Source of the DNA: Azolla caroliniana
Lineage: Eukaryota; Plantae; Polypodiophyta
DNA: 64,000 nt
Reading direction: 5' to 3'
Assembly (NCBI GenBank): GCA_043228905.1
Contig: JBHGNT010000009.1
Span: 14,694,001 to 14,758,000 of the forward strand
The notes under the pieces were generated by a model. That model made no database searches, was not told where the DNA came from, and saw only the letters and a list, made by a program, of their open reading frames with translations. The position numbers were made by a program, and so were the translations under genes. Shown one piece after another: positions 63,501-64,000 of this stretch (position 1 is the first letter of the stretch; each line of letters begins with the position of its first letter).

Positions 63501-64000
63501 TTCGTCGAGCTAGGATGTTTTTACCCGTTGGGAAACGGCCATTTTCCGTTCCAACGCTTCCTGTGCTTGCCGTAATTCCCGAATCGAATCTTTGTCTGGT
63601 TCGGCTTCGGTTTCGTCCCGCTGCGGCAAGTATGGCGCTACGGCTTCAGCTACGTCAATCTCGAAGAGTGGTACGATCTTCGGGTGTTCCTCCAAGTACT
63701 GGGCTTCTTCGTCGTCTGCCAACCCTTCAAGCATGTTCACGCATTCCGCATACAGTGGTGTGCATTCCATACCGTTGCTCGTCCGTGGTTGTGTCGGTAC
63801 CCGGACCTTGGCTTTTCCGCGCCGGAAGGTAATCATATTTTTCCGCCAATTTTGCTTGATGTGTGCTGTTTTCAACCATGGTCTACCCAGCAACAGTGGG
63901 TACGCGCCTTGCGCCTGTAGCTGCAGCACTACAGGCGAGATGTGAAATGTGTGACCTCCTATGGTGACCTTCAATTTCCGTATTAAGCCCGTCGGCCGTA
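60534..64000 (-). pseudogene. Gypsy D pol (PR end, RT, RNase H, integrase): a single frame with two premature TAG stops
   Basis: ORFs 63510-63974, 61935-63500 and 60534-61904 share one frame; FLDGFSGYNQI, FLDDF, FVDASD, YSTTEREAL, KWGLDF, YPQANGLAE. Confidence 0.92.

Larger units (their letters stand above)
58777..64000 (-). mobile_element. Gypsy D: same family as A and B; pol, internally deleted extra ORF, 3' LTR (58777-59195); continues beyond the window
   Basis: pol highly similar to A; LTR TGTTACC...AACAACA shares U3 and U5 motifs with A and B. Confidence 0.92.

Overview
Eukaryotic land-plant DNA, most likely from a non-seed plant (inferred from the TE lineages). One intact host gene, a 13-exon SCAMP (secretory carrier membrane protein; minus strand, 34606-42952), lies between two clusters of deeply nested retrotransposons. 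The left cluster has a Copia inside Gypsy A, A inside Gypsy C, a young non-autonomous element B also inside C, plus a Tcn1/Tf1-like remnant, a Copia remnant, a LINE and a tRNA-Trp-primed gag-only element. The right cluster has chromovirus F interrupted by Copia H; H contains the full-length Copia G and an LTR fragment, and that fragment is interrupted by Gypsy D. The main unexplained signal is in the non-chromoviral Gypsy family A/B/D. These elements have no polypurine tract. In its place, 2 nt before the 3' LTR, is an invariant TCCCACGGGCGTGCCA that resembles a tRNA-Arg 3' end including CCA, i.e. a second PBS on the opposite strand. It directly follows the stop codon of a large extra coiled-coil ORF. 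A second signal is that two self-priming LTRs carry an antisense tRNA-like A/B-box module in U3. All alignments and counts were done by eye, and tRNA sequences are from memory.
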